Origin: Thraustochytrium aureum
Lineage: Eukaryota
Assembly: GCA_012862495.1 (NCBI GenBank)
Contig: BLSG01000314.1
Coordinates: 24,501 to 88,376, forward strand
Direction: 5' to 3'
DNA length: 63,876 nt
Shown here: piece after piece, positions 10,229-21,980 of the stretch
How the letters are laid out: each line of letters begins with the position of its first letter
Position numbering within the stretch: the stretch's first letter is position 1
Made by a program: the position numbers and the translations under genes
The notes under the pieces: generated by a model
Told to the model about the DNA's origin: nothing
What the model saw: only the letters and a program-made list of their open reading frames with translations
Database searches by the model: none

Positions 10229-13113
10229 CTATTCGTACGCTTGCCTGTCGAGATCAAAACGGCGACGCGGCGGAGCTGCTGGGGTTGCAGCACGAGGCTT
10301 TCCGCTTGCGGCGACTTGCGAGTGCATTTTGTTGACACGTACTTGCTCCTTGAGCTCCTCGTTCTCGACAAGGAGGTCGTTGATCTCGCTGGCCTTGGGC
10401 GCCTTGACAGTCTGTGCGCGCTCGCGCATGATGGCCGCGCGAGTGTTGATGAGCATACGACCCACAACGCCGTACTCGTCCGCCTTGTCGTAGGTGAGGT
10501 CTTTGTCCAGGTTGTACAGCTTGCCCGACTCGATGAAGGCCTTGTCGCGTCGCCACTTTCGCCGGTTGCGGATCACCACTAACGCAGCCAAGAGGAAAAG
10601 GAAGAGAGCGGACCCGCCGCCAACGGCAGCCCACTTGATGGTCTCGCTGTTGTCTGGCTGCGGGATCGCACCGAGCTCGGTTGGCGCGAAGGTGGGGGCC
10701 GCGGTGAGGGGGTCAATCACCACGGCATCGTCGATGGCCAAAACGAAAGAGTTGGCCTCGTCAGGCGTGATAAAGTCGACGTCGGCCGTCATAAAGCCCT
10801 CGATCGCCTCCGAGTTGAAGCTCTCCACGAGCGAGACGTTGACAGAGCAGCCCGCGCCAAAGCAGAGGTATAGAGAGAACGACCCAGGCAGCGTCGTGGC
10901 GAGCCCTGCCGCGTACGAACCGTCCCCGTTGTCGATTATCTGGGCAGGAATAATCGCTGGAGTGGCAGAACCGTTGGCATAGGTGACGAGACCATCCTCG
11001 CCTGCTAGAAACCGGCGATCGGCGCGCGACGCGTTGCTGCCACCGAAAGGCTGCTCGACGAAAACAGCGTCCACCATGTCAGCAAAGCCGCCGTACGTGA
11101 TCGCATTGTTGCAAAGGTCAAATGTCGTGAAAGAGACCAATGCGAGCGACTCTCCGTCAGCGGGCGCCGAGACGGTCGTGTTGGCTGGGGCCAGGCTCGT
11201 GTCAAGTCGAGACTTGCCCGGGTTGACACTGACCGTCGTGATGACGAGGTCAGTTAGTTCAATGGAGGCGGGGTTGGCAGAGGTGGAGGCGGTAAACCCC
11301 ACGAATGCATCTCGCCCTCCGAGGCGGTCTTCCACGCTAAAGTCCTTCTTGCGCAGATAAAGCGACCCATCGATGTAGACCTCGAGCCAGTCTGGCGTCT
11401 CGAGATACTCGATGCGCACGTCGTGCGTCTCGCCAGGGTACCGCCACGTGCGAACTACGTCATCGTAGACCGTGAGCGTATCGTTGGACACCTCGTTAAA
11501 GTATTCGGGGCCTTCTGGGGCGTAGTGGAGGCGAACTTGTTGCTTGGAACAGGTCAGTTCAGCGCGGTCGGCGCACATGTCAAAGACAATGGCAAAGCTG
11601 TTGGAGATGTACCGAATGCCGAGGTTGGCTCCAAGGCTGGTCGGCAGGTTTCGCAGCCCCTCAGGCCGGTTATGAAAAACGCAGCGAAGCCCTCCGCGTC
11701 GCCTTGACTGGAGGCAGCGAACTTGAATGACATAACAAACCCAGCTCCAACGTTCTGTTGCTGCCGCAAGAACGCAAATGTAGACGAGTAGGCGGCTGTT
11801 CCAGGCGGTACGAGGCGGATAGCGTTCTCGCGTTGGGCGACAACGTCGGACGTGACACCCGTGAAGATGTCTGTCGATTGAGCCGCAGACTGGTTAAAGG
11901 CGGCTGAACCGGATTTGGCCACGTTGCAGGTGCGCGTGAGCGTGGTTGTCACCTTGAAGTTGCTCTGGACGTAATGGCGCTCAGCGTGGTACATGTCTAG
12001 CGAGTAAAGCTGCCCTTCTGTCAGGTTGAGCTTGTCCTCGTCGGCAAAATCTCCAAGCTGCACCGAACCATCTGCAACACCATGCAAGCCTCCGAGGTCG
12101 ACCGCGAGGCGATCGTTGATGAAAACCCAGACGTCATCGTCGCCACTAAACTCGAACAGGCTCCTCGAGGAGTTGTAGCGAAAGTATGTGTGAAGCTCTG
12201 TGGTGTACCAATACTTGGAAGCCCTCTTCGGGTCACCCTGAACCTCGAAGTCTGCGAAGCTACTGGGCCAGGCCGGTGCATCGAACGGGTTTGGGAACAG
12301 AGTTGTGTTGACAAACCGCATGTCATTCAACGGGGCGAAGTGAGGACTATCTGTTGAGCCCTCACTGGCGTCGTAAACGAATTTGCCTGCCGAGTTCTTC
12401 TTGAGGGTGATTTCGTACGAGCTGCGTTTGTTGTACTTGGGGTCGTCGTTGTACCAAGCCTCAAAGTACTTGGCCTGGCTTGTCGCGTAGATCCCCTTTG
12501 CAGATGGCTTTCCACAGCGCGCATCTGGGCTGGAGCGGTCACAGTACACTACCTTGGGGATCCCGCTCGTCGCGACCTCTAGTGTGGGCAGCACGATGTT
12601 GCCATTCGGGCTGTGGCAGAATGCCGTACCGCCGCTGTTCAGTGCTTTAACACCGCCGTTGTAGCATCCCATTGGCCCATAAACGAAGTCTGCGGTTTCC
12701 CCCAAGCCGCCATTTGGGCTGATTCGTGGCTCGAAATCGGGATGGCCGCTGATCAAGCCATCGGCCATGTACTCGAAGTATGGGCAGTACGTGTTCCAGC
12801 GAAAAGCTGTAGCTGGAGTGAGGCTATCGTAGTTTTGCGCCTGGAAAATGTCGTAATCGCCGCTTGCACCCATATCCGCGGGAAGCGAGCGTCGGGCGTA
12901 GTCGACTGCCCTGAGGCCAAAGTATCCTTGCGCGGTATTGAGCGCAAACCGGTATTCACTCTCATTCATGCAGTAGCTCGGGAGGAAGTCCCGCACGGTC
13001 AGCGAGTACGTGAGCTCAGTGAGATCATCGTCGTCGTCCGTCACTTCCTGCGCGGCAGCAGCCGCGAGGAGGGCGACGAGCAGGGCCGAGCGGATCGCTC
13101 CCCAAGCGCCCAT
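10229..13113 (-). CDS. Type I membrane protein: signal peptide, fibro-slime (PA14-like) domain, legume (L-type) lectin domain, filamin/Ig-like domain, TM helix and coiled-coil tail. One frameshift near 11675.
   Basis: Signal peptide MGAWGAIRSALLVALLAAAAA. Fibro-slime motifs TVRDF, HPDFE, YTTELHTYF, FEFSGDDDVWVFINDRLAVDLGGLH, MYHAERH..SNFKVTTTL. Lectin motifs IRLV..SFKF..AEGFA, NSFAIVFD, HDVRIEY..LEVYIDG, AFVGFTAST. Filamin-like IIDNGDGSY. TM WAAVGGGSALFLFLLAALVVI followed by RNRRKWRR. Confidence 0.85.
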
Positions 13114-14163
13114 CTCTCGCTCTTTCACGTCGCGTCCGCGCTCCCCGTGACGGCCCTGAACCAAGTCGCCCGCTCGCCTGCTTGCCACCTGCTTGTTTTC
13201 TTCTTCCAGACCGCCTCGGGCGCGCTGCTGGTCACACGCTTCTCGTCTCGCGTTTGGGGTCTGCACAGCGCGGCGCTGACGACGAAAAAAAATGTGCGCG
13301 CCGAGTGCCGCCCCCCCTCACATCATCCCGCGTGACAAGCTTGTTGGCCTTGTGGAGCTCCTCGGGATGCAGAGCAGCGACAGACGGACAGACACGCTTT
13401 CACCAAGGAGAATCCTCCTGACTTTCGCACACTCAGCACACCACGCGGGTGTGCACAGAGACCGTGAACCGCTCCAAATCCTGCCCGTGCTTTGCTTGAT
13501 TCGTGCAGCCCAGCGACATGCCGTCAGAGCTTGGCCAGAGTAAGTACTAGTAGCCCCTTTCGCGTCTGCTTCGCTTTGCACGCCAGCCAGCGCCACCGTG
13601 GCGGAGCGCAGCATGGCAGAGCAAGGAGGACCCTCCTTGGTCAACGAGGGTCTGGCTGCCTTGCCTGGGCAGCCTGATCGTGCTCCGACTTTCGCACGCT
13701 CGTTGAGAGGAGTCTCTCGTGAGATGCTCTCGTGCGATCTCTGCGGTCGCCGCCCGAGCGAAATGGCAGGTGTGACCGTGGCGTGTGCCATCTTCTTGCA
13801 CGAATCCGCGAGGGCGGGGGTGGCGGGCGTCGGGGGTGTTCCATGCAAGTCAGGAGACTTGAAAGTCAGGAGACAGCGACCCCGGGGTGTCCGACGTCGC
13901 GTCGCGACTCGCGAGTTGAGCAGGGTCGCCATGTGCGAGCTCTGCGCAAGAGGCGCGCCCCGTGCTCCCGATGGGCGCTTCCCGCGCTTTCAAGATCAAG
14001 CATCATCGGCCTTGCGCCACAGCGGCAGCCACGATCGCGACGAGGCCCTTTCGTCTTCGAGCTGGGCGAAGTCTGTCGGCCTGGCCAACTCTCTCGCCAC
14101 CTCATCAGGTGCGAAGATCAAGACCATACCCTGGTTTGCGACCCTTAGAACTACCTCGAAATA

Positions 14164-15353
14164 TCATTGCGGAAGGGAGATGTTGCGCGTAAAGCGAGTC
14201 CCGTCGCGGACCGCCTTCGCCGCAAACTCGTCAAACAAGCCCGGTTTCCTATGTGGCGGCTTGCCAGCAAAATGCGCGATAAAAAGCCCTCGCGCCACGT
14301 GTTATCGCGCGACCCCATGACGCACTGCGGCAGAACGAGCGAGTGCGAACGCGCCGGCTCTGGGAACCGGCTATTTACAAAGTCCGCGGTGGGCTGGTCG
14401 TTGCAGCGCGTGTACTGTCCTTGAAAGATCGGCTTCCAGTCCCTGCGGTCGTTCTCGGAGATGGGCTCTTGGTGGTGCAGCGCGATAAAGAGACTTGGCT
14501 GTTCGTACCACTCCGGAAGCGGGCCTGGGTAAATGTGTTCGGCGCGCTGCAGCCACTGCAACGTCCACGCGTCGGAGCGCAAGAAGAAGATGCCCGTGTT
14601 GACGCCATTCTCGTCGCAGCTGACGACGAAGGAGCGGTCTAGACTCATGAGCCACTGCAGGTCGACTGCCATGTTCGTCATGACGGCGTCAGCGTCGACC
14701 CACATGATGTGGTGCACCCAGGGAAGCTGTGTCAAGATGGCCTGCAAGACGTAGACCTTTCCCCAGCCAAAGCCGCGCGCGTCCCACGACTCTGGCAGCT
14801 TGATCGCATTCGTGCCGCGCACCCACGTTCCGCGTGCGCGAGGTGTGCTGCCGACCGCGTCGCTGCTGACCTCGAGGTAGTGATAGTCGTGCCGGTTGAC
14901 ATATTCCACGCGGTTGGTCCAGGTTGCGCTGCGCAGTTTCGGAAGATTGCCCAACAGAGACACGATCAGCATGCCATGGCGGCTGCCCGGGGCCGGATCT
15001 GCCGCAAGCGCGCTGGAGAGCGTCTTGTACGAAGCCTTGCTTATCAGCGTGTCCAGCTCCGCGGCGCAAGACCCCTTCGGCCCCACCTCGGGCAGCACGC
15101 TCGGAACAGCGACGGCCAATGGCGCCGGCTCCGACCAGTTCCTGTGCTCTCTACGCTCCCATCGTGTGCCGCCCAGCGCGCCGTCCACCGAGCGCGTAGG
15201 CAGCGAGTCGAGCCAGACCTCTAACAACGCAACCAGCGACAGAGCGCACACCACAGCCACGACGTGCAGAGGCGCGCGGCGCGGGGCCGCCACGCCCGAC
15301 AGTTTACTCTTCGCCGCGTGGCTCGCGCCTGTCGCCTGCGCCGCCAGCGCCAT
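14164..15353 (-). CDS. Glycosyltransferase family 34 (GMA12/MNN10-like), type II membrane. Frameshift near 14283.
   Basis: N-terminal TM; NRVEYVNRHDY, WGKV, IMWVDADAVMTN (DxD motif), DENGVNTGIFFLRS..W, WYEQ; the corrected tail reads WREG.FIAHFAG. Confidence 0.85.
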
Positions 15354-15960
15354 CTCAACCTGCGGCTCCCCGCAGCGCCCACTCGCACTGCTGGCACATG
15401 TGTACTCTACTCCTCTCTTGCATGAAGTTGGATGGTGCAACTGACACAGGTTGGTTGATCGGAACGCGTGCACAACTGCATGCCCCGTGACTCGTGAGGG
15501 TGGCGCGCGCCTCGCCGAAAGAGGCGGCAGCATGAATTCTCTCGCCTGCGGATGGCCTACTTCAAGCCTACTTGCTCTTTCTTTCATCGACGATCAATGC
15601 TCCGAGCTGGACGCGGGCGATGTGGCGGAGGCCGGGGTGCCAAAACTGTCGCACGACTTCAAGTTGCAGCGCTCGAAAGAAATGGAAGAATTGAGCCTGT
15701 GGCACGCGGCCCAATACTGTACCCCCACCACTGTGAACCAATTTATTCTCAATCATGATGAGCTGACCTACCACCGCACCTCTCTTGGGCTGGCGCGCGC
15801 CAGCCGCGACCGTCCGAGCGGCGCAGGTTCTCGACCTGCCCTGCCCGAAGTGACAGCTCCATAAAACCTACCGTACTTGCTTGTAAACCCATTCGTCGAG
15901 TACCGGTAGTCCCGAATCATTTGCAATCTGCAGTCGTGGCGCAGGGGGCGTGGAGCAAGG

Positions 15961-16824
15961 ATGCACAGGCGCCGCGTTGGAATCCGTGGCTTGGTTGCGG
16001 CGGCCGCCCTCGTTGGCGCACGGGCGCAGACGAACGCGACAGACTCCGAGCAGGCTGGCCAAGGCAACGCCACTGCAAGCGGCGAAGGCGCCTCGTCCCA
16101 GCTCAACCCTCATCGCAGTCGGGTTCCTGGTCGCAGCGTTCCTAGTAATTGCAACCTGCTACAACATGGGACGGTCGAGCTCGATGAAGCGGCAGGGCGT
16201 GTCGCCCCACGGCCGCAGACCAAGCGTCGTGAAGCCGGAGGGCCTGGGCCGCGACAGGCGACTGCAGGTCGTTAGCCTCTTAGCAGCGCTGCGGTGCGGA
16301 GCAGTCCGTTTGGGCCTGCGGGCGGCGCGAATGCGAGCTACCAAGCCCACCACCTGCAACAGCAGCAGCAGCAGCTGAGACAGACGAGCACGTCTCCGTA
16401 TCTCCAAAGCTACGAGCCACAGGCTTTCGATAACCACCCCCAGCACCAGCACCAGCACTACCAGCACCAGCACCAGCACCAGCAGTACAGCAAGCAGGGG
16501 GTTCAACGGATGGGCACGTCGCGGCTGAGCTTTTGGCCGGGGCCAGCGGCTCGCTACAGCTTCTGGTCCGGCAGCAGCGCGTCTGCCACCGGTTCGGACG
16601 GTTCAGGGTCCACCTTCACCGCCGCATCGGGTGCATCAAGCGAGCAGAGCCGCAGCACGAACGGAAGCTATGGGGCTTGGTCTGGTATGCTGGCAGCCGC
16701 CCCAACGCACGTCGCGCAGGCCTCGCGGGTCAAGTCCAAGCTTTTGGCCGGCCTCGCGCGCCTCACGATGAGGCCGGTCTCGAACGACTCGTTTCGCGCA
16801 CACAACGGCGTAATTGAAGTGTGA
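15961..16824 (+). CDS. Small signal-peptide/single-TM protein with a Gln/His-rich low-complexity tail (several apparent frameshifts)
   Basis: Signal-like N-terminus with N-glycosylation sequons (NAT), TM TLIAVGFLVAAFLVIATCY in a shifted frame, and a QHQH/polyQ tail in ORF 16294..16824. Confidence 0.4.
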
Positions 16825-17490
16825 TACAAGGGCTTGCCTCGCTCTGTGGTCCATCTGGCCTGGTCGCGTCAAAGGTGGCCGCCTTGGAGGCGGCACCACC
16901 TGGTACTCGAGTAAAGTGATTTCTCAATCTTGATCAAATCAATCCATCGATGTTTCTTGCAAAACGTTTGTCTCGCTTGATCGGGCTGCCGGCGGGCATT
17001 TTGGTCGCGTTCTCGCGGCGGGCAGCCACATCCTCCGCCCAGGTTCAAGAGGGCGAACAGTGCTCCTGGCGGGTACCGGCACTCCACTGTACAGTGCGCT
17101 CGAGCACCGCGTCCATCCACGCCGGAACTCTATCAGCCGGGCGTTGAAAACGCTGCTTGGCACTGCTCGCGAAGCAGGCGCGCGCACGCCGTACAGCAGG
17201 GCCTGCGCTGGCCGCCCGCCCACGCAGTCCAACTCCCGGCACAACTCTGTGGCCTGCAATAGCTCAAACTCGGACAGGCAAAAGCAGGTCTTCCACGTTC
17301 GCAACCTCGTTGTTGGGCAGAGTCACCTCTTGCTCGTCCACGGCGCAGCAAAGCCAACCAACCACCGCGCAGGGCGATGGCAGCTCCCGGGCGCAGCAAC
17401 GAGATCGAGGCAGTCTTGGTAAGTCAGGGGCCGGGCGAAGGCCTGCGCCTTGCCCAGCGCCAGCCCACGCCGGGACGCTGTTGTTGAGGA

Positions 17491-17961
17491 ATGGCGGGTC
17501 GGCGGCGGGTTGGCGGGGGCAACTTGGCGCCAGGCGCGCAGCCGCGCGCCATTCACCTGCCCAGCGCGGCGCCGGGAGGCAGGACTGACGGTGTGGACTG
17601 GCGCGAGCAGGAGCCGGCGCTCAACAAGATTTTGGACGAGGTGCGCGGAGTGAACGGTGTGATCGTGAGCTCCTCCGACTCGGTGTGCTTTGCGCAGGTT
17701 TGGCGTGGGGAAGAGGGCAGCCCGCTGGCGGCTACGATATTTCCGTTCGTGGCCGAGCAGATCTCAAAGCTGCGGTGGGGCGCTGTGCGCTCTGTGACGG
17801 CCGAGTTTGAGAGCGCACGGATCGTCCACATGTACTTTTCCCCCTTGGTGCTCACGTTCGTGGGCTTGACGGACATGGACTGCGAAGCGCTAACGTGCGA
17901 GGAGACGACCCAGCGCTTGGCCAAGGGACTTCAGCCGCTTCAGGCGGCTTGTCGCTCGTAG
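17491..17961 (+). CDS. LAMTOR3: Ragulator subunit LAMTOR3/MP1 (Roadblock fold)
   Basis: LNKILDEVRGVNGVIVSSSDSV..FPFVAEQISKLRWGAVRSVTAEF..IVHMYFSPLVLTFVG matches the MP1 pattern VEGLHAIVVSDRDGV..FALATDQGSKLGLSKNKSII..PLVVSFIA. Confidence 0.75.
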   Translation: MAGRRRVGGGNLAPGAQPRAIHLPSAAPGGRTDGVDWREQEPALNKILDEVRGVNGVIVSSSDSVCFAQVWRGEEGSPLAATIFPFVAEQISKLRWGAVRSVTAEFESARIVHMYFSPLVLTFVGLTDMDCEALTCEETTQRLAKGLQPLQAACRS

Positions 17962-18050
17962 GGAGGCCACTGCCGCCTGCGCCTCTCCTTCGCTCGCGAG
18001 ACAGTCAACAATTTCTCTAAGTACAGCCTTTTCCGCCCTCCGTAGCATCT

Positions 18051-18824
18051 TTACTTGGGGCCGTCAGGAAGCCCAGCCGCCATGCTCAAAACAAGCGCCG
18101 CAGCCGGCCGCGCCGGCATGGGCATGGCCTCGATCTCGGCCTTCTTGGCCAGCAGCGCGGCGCGCTTTTCCTCACTCAGCGACGCGGCGGCGGCCGCCGC
18201 CGCGGCCGCGGCCTCCGCGATAATCTGATCCTCATCCTCCTCGGCCCCAGCGTCTGCCTCCATCTCCTCGTCGTCGTGGGCCTCCTCTTCTTCGCTGTCG
18301 CTCATGTGCACATCCGGACCGTTGAGCAAAAAGTACTCCTTGTCCTTGGGGTCTTTGGCGGCATAAAAGTCCTCGTAGAATCCGTAAGGGTCAACCTCGA
18401 AGACGCTTGGGTCCATGAACGACTCCGATTTGACGAGACCTTCGAACCCGTGCTCGTCATAGATACGACGGCGCTCGCTGTCCTTCAGGACCAGGTACGC
18501 AAGCGTGAGCTGCAAAAAGCGCGTCTCGTCGCCCTGCCGCCCGTACTCGGGGTAGAAGCGGAACGAGAGCCTGTGATAGTTTGCTCGTGCGCGATCCTCG
18601 TTCACGCCGCCGCGCGGGACGTGCAGCGCTTCGTACAGGTCAAAGGGAAGCTCAAGGAGGCCGCCAAGGTCTTCGGCCCACCCCGCCTCCTCCCCTTGTT
18701 CCTCCTCTCCTTCTCCCTGCTCTTGCTGGTCCTCCTCCAGCTGCTGCTCCAGCGCAGAGGCGGTCGAGTCGCCAGAAGGCCCAGCAGTGCCGTCGGCCCC
18801 AGCGGCGACGACCACCCTGGCCAT
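18051..18824 (-). CDS. DnaJ/J-like domain protein with HPD replaced by YPE and acidic flanks
   Basis: DLYEALHV..ARANYHRLSFRFYPE..RFLQLTLAYLVLKDSERRRIYDEHGFEGL. Confidence 0.8.
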   Translation of the reverse strand: MARVVVAAGADGTAGPSGDSTASALEQQLEEDQQEQGEGEEEQGEEAGWAEDLGGLLELPFDLYEALHVPRGGVNEDRARANYHRLSFRFYPEYGRQGDETRFLQLTLAYLVLKDSERRRIYDEHGFEGLVKSESFMDPSVFEVDPYGFYEDFYAAKDPKDKEYFLLNGPDVHMSDSEEEEAHDDEEMEADAGAEEDEDQIIAEAAAAAAAAAASLSEEKRAALLAKKAEIEAMPMPARPAAALVLSMAAGLPDGPK

Positions 18825-19106
18825 AGTTGGAAGCGCTGTTCCTCGGCCCTTGGCGCAGGCCTGTAGCAAGCTGTCGACTATGCTTTCCCGCCCGTGATCC
18901 CCGGCAGCGTTCGCGTCCGCTTGCCAGCTCGTCGTTGAGTCCTCTGCTGTTCGCGGCCTGCCGCCAACTTTCGGAGGCGCGCAAAACCAACCAGGTGTCC
19001 GACCCACGCGCGTCCGAGATGGCCATGTCCGGCAGACCCGTTGAGCGCTGTGCCCGATCGATCGAGCTTCACAGACACTTGGCCGAGCCTCTGACGACAG
19101 CCTGCC

Positions 19107-21980
19107 TCATCTCTGGGCGGCGACGGGCAGGAACGTGCGCACGGGGAAAGACCGCGAGCCAGGAACGACCTTGATGCGAAAGAAGGGCCCGTAGTCGTGC
19201 CGGTCTACGGTGATGAGGAAGGGCTGGCGCTTGGTGGCTGCCACGTCGACATGCACGGCCGCGAAGCTGCGCTGCTCGGTGCGAAGGGCCTCCGCGAGGG
19301 CGTCGAGGTCGCGCGGCTTCTTGTCGCGCTTTTTGATGAGGTCCTGCACGTAGCTCGTTGAGGAGCGCTGCGGGACCCAGGCCGCATCGAGCCACTGCTG
19401 CACTGGCGTCGTGCCAGGGCTGCGCGACTGGTACGGCTCTTGCACGATGCGCGGGGACTCGCTGCTTGGCGCAGAGTACGCGCAAGCATTGCAAATCACA
19501 AACGACTGGTACTCGGCCGGCGGGACCTCGCGCGTTTTCGCAGCCGGCGAGCCGGTCAGGTCCACCGCCCAGCAACGAAACTTTGACCTCGGGCGTGACG
19601 CCAGGCCCAATGCCACTTTTGCAAAACTGCCGATCTGCCAGCGCCTCGTGCCAGTGTGTCGAGCAAACAGTGGAGCGGTCGCTCGAACCGCCGAGAAAGA
19701 AAAACGATGATGACGAACCACTCGAAACGGAGTTGCCGCTCGTTGCGCGGTCCCGCCGCGCGCTCGAGCCATCCCCTTCGCCATTCAGAAACCGACTCAC
19801 AGCGGCGTTGAGGCCCAGCTCTACACTACAGAGGAATGGGATGACCAAATCAGGGGCCGTTGCGTCGGACCAGTTGTCCCCCTTCCAGCAGTGGCACTCG
19901 AAAACGCAGAGCTGCGTCGTTTGCGCCGCGCTCTGCACGAACGCAGACAACTGGCTAAAGTGCATGGAGAGCGGGCTCACGGCGTTCAATAGACCCTCTG
20001 CTGCGGTCGAAGCTGCGGCCGCACCTGGTAAAGAGGTCTCCTTGTCCTCGACGATCTCCAGCGGGGGGCACAGCTTGGGTTGGGAGCAGAACGGGCTCAG
20101 CACGTGCTTTCGGTACCAGGGATCTCGGAGTGCCAGAAACGCGCCGATGTCGTTGCGCCCCACTGGCACGATGAAGAACGCCCGATTGCCAGCCGTGTCG
20201 CGAGCCGCTTCCCCTCCCACGCTCTCCGCTTCGTCGCGCTCGCGCATGTACGCGCAGAGCACGCGGTGGAGGGTCTCATTGCCGCCAACGACCAGCACGC
20301 GCTCGTCGCTTCCAAGGCGGATCCCAAAGTCCGGAACCTTGCTCTTGTCGTGGCGGCCTGCGCCGTCCCGGAGCGCCGCGGCCGCGCTCTTGGACATGGA
20401 CATCGACGCCGAAACGCTCGCAGCAGCCGGCACATTTCCATCGATTTCGGCAGCCTGAAACCCGTCCTGAACCGACAGAAACGCAAACCTACAGTTCGGG
20501 ACTTCCACCCAGTGCGCAAAGCTCCGCGCGCTGCGCCCGCCCCCGTTCGTTTCGGCAGGGGGCAAGGCCCGCTGGTGAGCTGAAGGGTCAATTTCGCGCA
20601 GCAGGTCGAACCGAAGCGAATACAGCTCTTGGGCGTCCCGAGCGGCCCCCTCAACCCCTTCCGCGACCTCTCGAGCCAGCGCTCTGGATGCCCATTGCGC
20701 GACACGATCCCGCGGCGCGCCAGCGATAGCGGCCCGCAAGGTGCGAACCACATCGTCATCGTATTGCAGGCCGAGCAGGAGCACGTTTTCCAGCACGTCG
20801 GCTGTGGCGACGCCAGCCCCTAGCGCCTCGTCGACGTCCTGTTGCGCCTGAAGAACCGCGCATGTCTCCCCGAGAAGGCGAGCAAGGGGAGACCAAGAGT
20901 CGTAGAGCGCCGACACTGGCCTTGCCGGCCCTTGGCAGGCCCAACGAGGAGTTCTGGGCGCTCTTTGAGAACGCGCGTGCGCAACGCAACACCCGGGTCC
21001 GCCAGCTCGGCGCGCACCCGGTCGACCGCGAAATGCGCAAACGAGGCATACGGTACTGGCCAGAACACGATCTCTTGTTCGATCTGCTCGGCAATCTGGC
21101 GGAGCCGGGGCCGGAGGCCAGAGACGGGGGGCCACAGGACCACGAGCTCGCACAGCACATACAGCAGGCTCATGATGGTCCCGACCACCTTGACGGGCTG
21201 CCGCCGGCTTGCCTTGAGGATCCCAAGAAAGTTCTTCTCAAAGGCGTCGTACACCTCGTCGCCCGCTGTCGGGGAGTCTGCAGTGTGGGCAAAGTGTCGC
21301 AAGTACGAATACACGAGGCTATAGTCGGCGCTCAGGTCGGCCCCAAAGTCTTCTTGTACGTACGAGCAGTCGAACAAGGCAAAGTTGACCAGGTGGTTGC
21401 CCTCCTGTTGGTACCGAGCCACGATGTTGCTCATGACCTTGTGATAGCGCTCCATGGTCGGGTGTCGCACGCGCTGGGCTTGCTTCTGCTGCGTCGACTC
21501 CCACAGCGCTCTGGCGCTCAAGAAATGGTTGGAACCGACGTCCACGGTCATGAACAGGTGGACGAAATCGAGCGTGTGCGCGAGTGCCTGCATGGCGTGC
21601 TCGCGACGGGCGTGCGAGGTCAAGCTCGCGCTTGCCGTCGCTCCAGTCGCGCCCGCGGAAGTCGCGCTGGCATCCGGGCCAGCGCTACTGCCGGCCGCGG
21701 CACCGGCCGCCCCCACGAGTCGTCGCTTGTCCTGCGCGTCGAGCTCCACGAGGCGCTTGCCGAGCTCCGCCACCAGCTCTGTCGCAGACTTGACTGTGAG
21801 CGACGCCCAGAACCGCAAATACACCTCCAGGGCGACGCCGCGGCCGTGGACTTGCGTAGACGCCCCAGTGCCGCTGGCTCCGCTTGTTCCAGGCGCCGAG
21901 TGCGCGCTCGTCGTCTTCTGAACGGCCTCTTTTGGCGTTAGCCCCTTGGCCCCTTTGCCGCGGCCCAGCTGCCTCAGCAT
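19107..21980 (-). CDS. PI3K class IB regulatory subunit p101/p87 (PIK3R5/PIK3R6)-like protein. At least two frameshifts (near 20940 and near 19540).
   Basis: FWPVPYASFAHFAVDRVRAELADPGV (cf. p101 TWPVPYCSIC..AELKAPGI), RVLVVGGN, FFIVPV, FLALRDPWYRKHVL (YLGMLDPWYERNVL), SAFVQSAAQTTQLCVF (YYCRFAARPVLLQVY), QPFLITVD (PFAVCLD), C-terminal FPVRTFLP (LPIMTFS). Confidence 0.7.

Noticed and set aside
15451..15864. 137-aa ORF between the GT34 gene and the TM-protein gene
   Set aside because: No recognisable motif, and it cannot be distinguished from intergenic sequence by eye.
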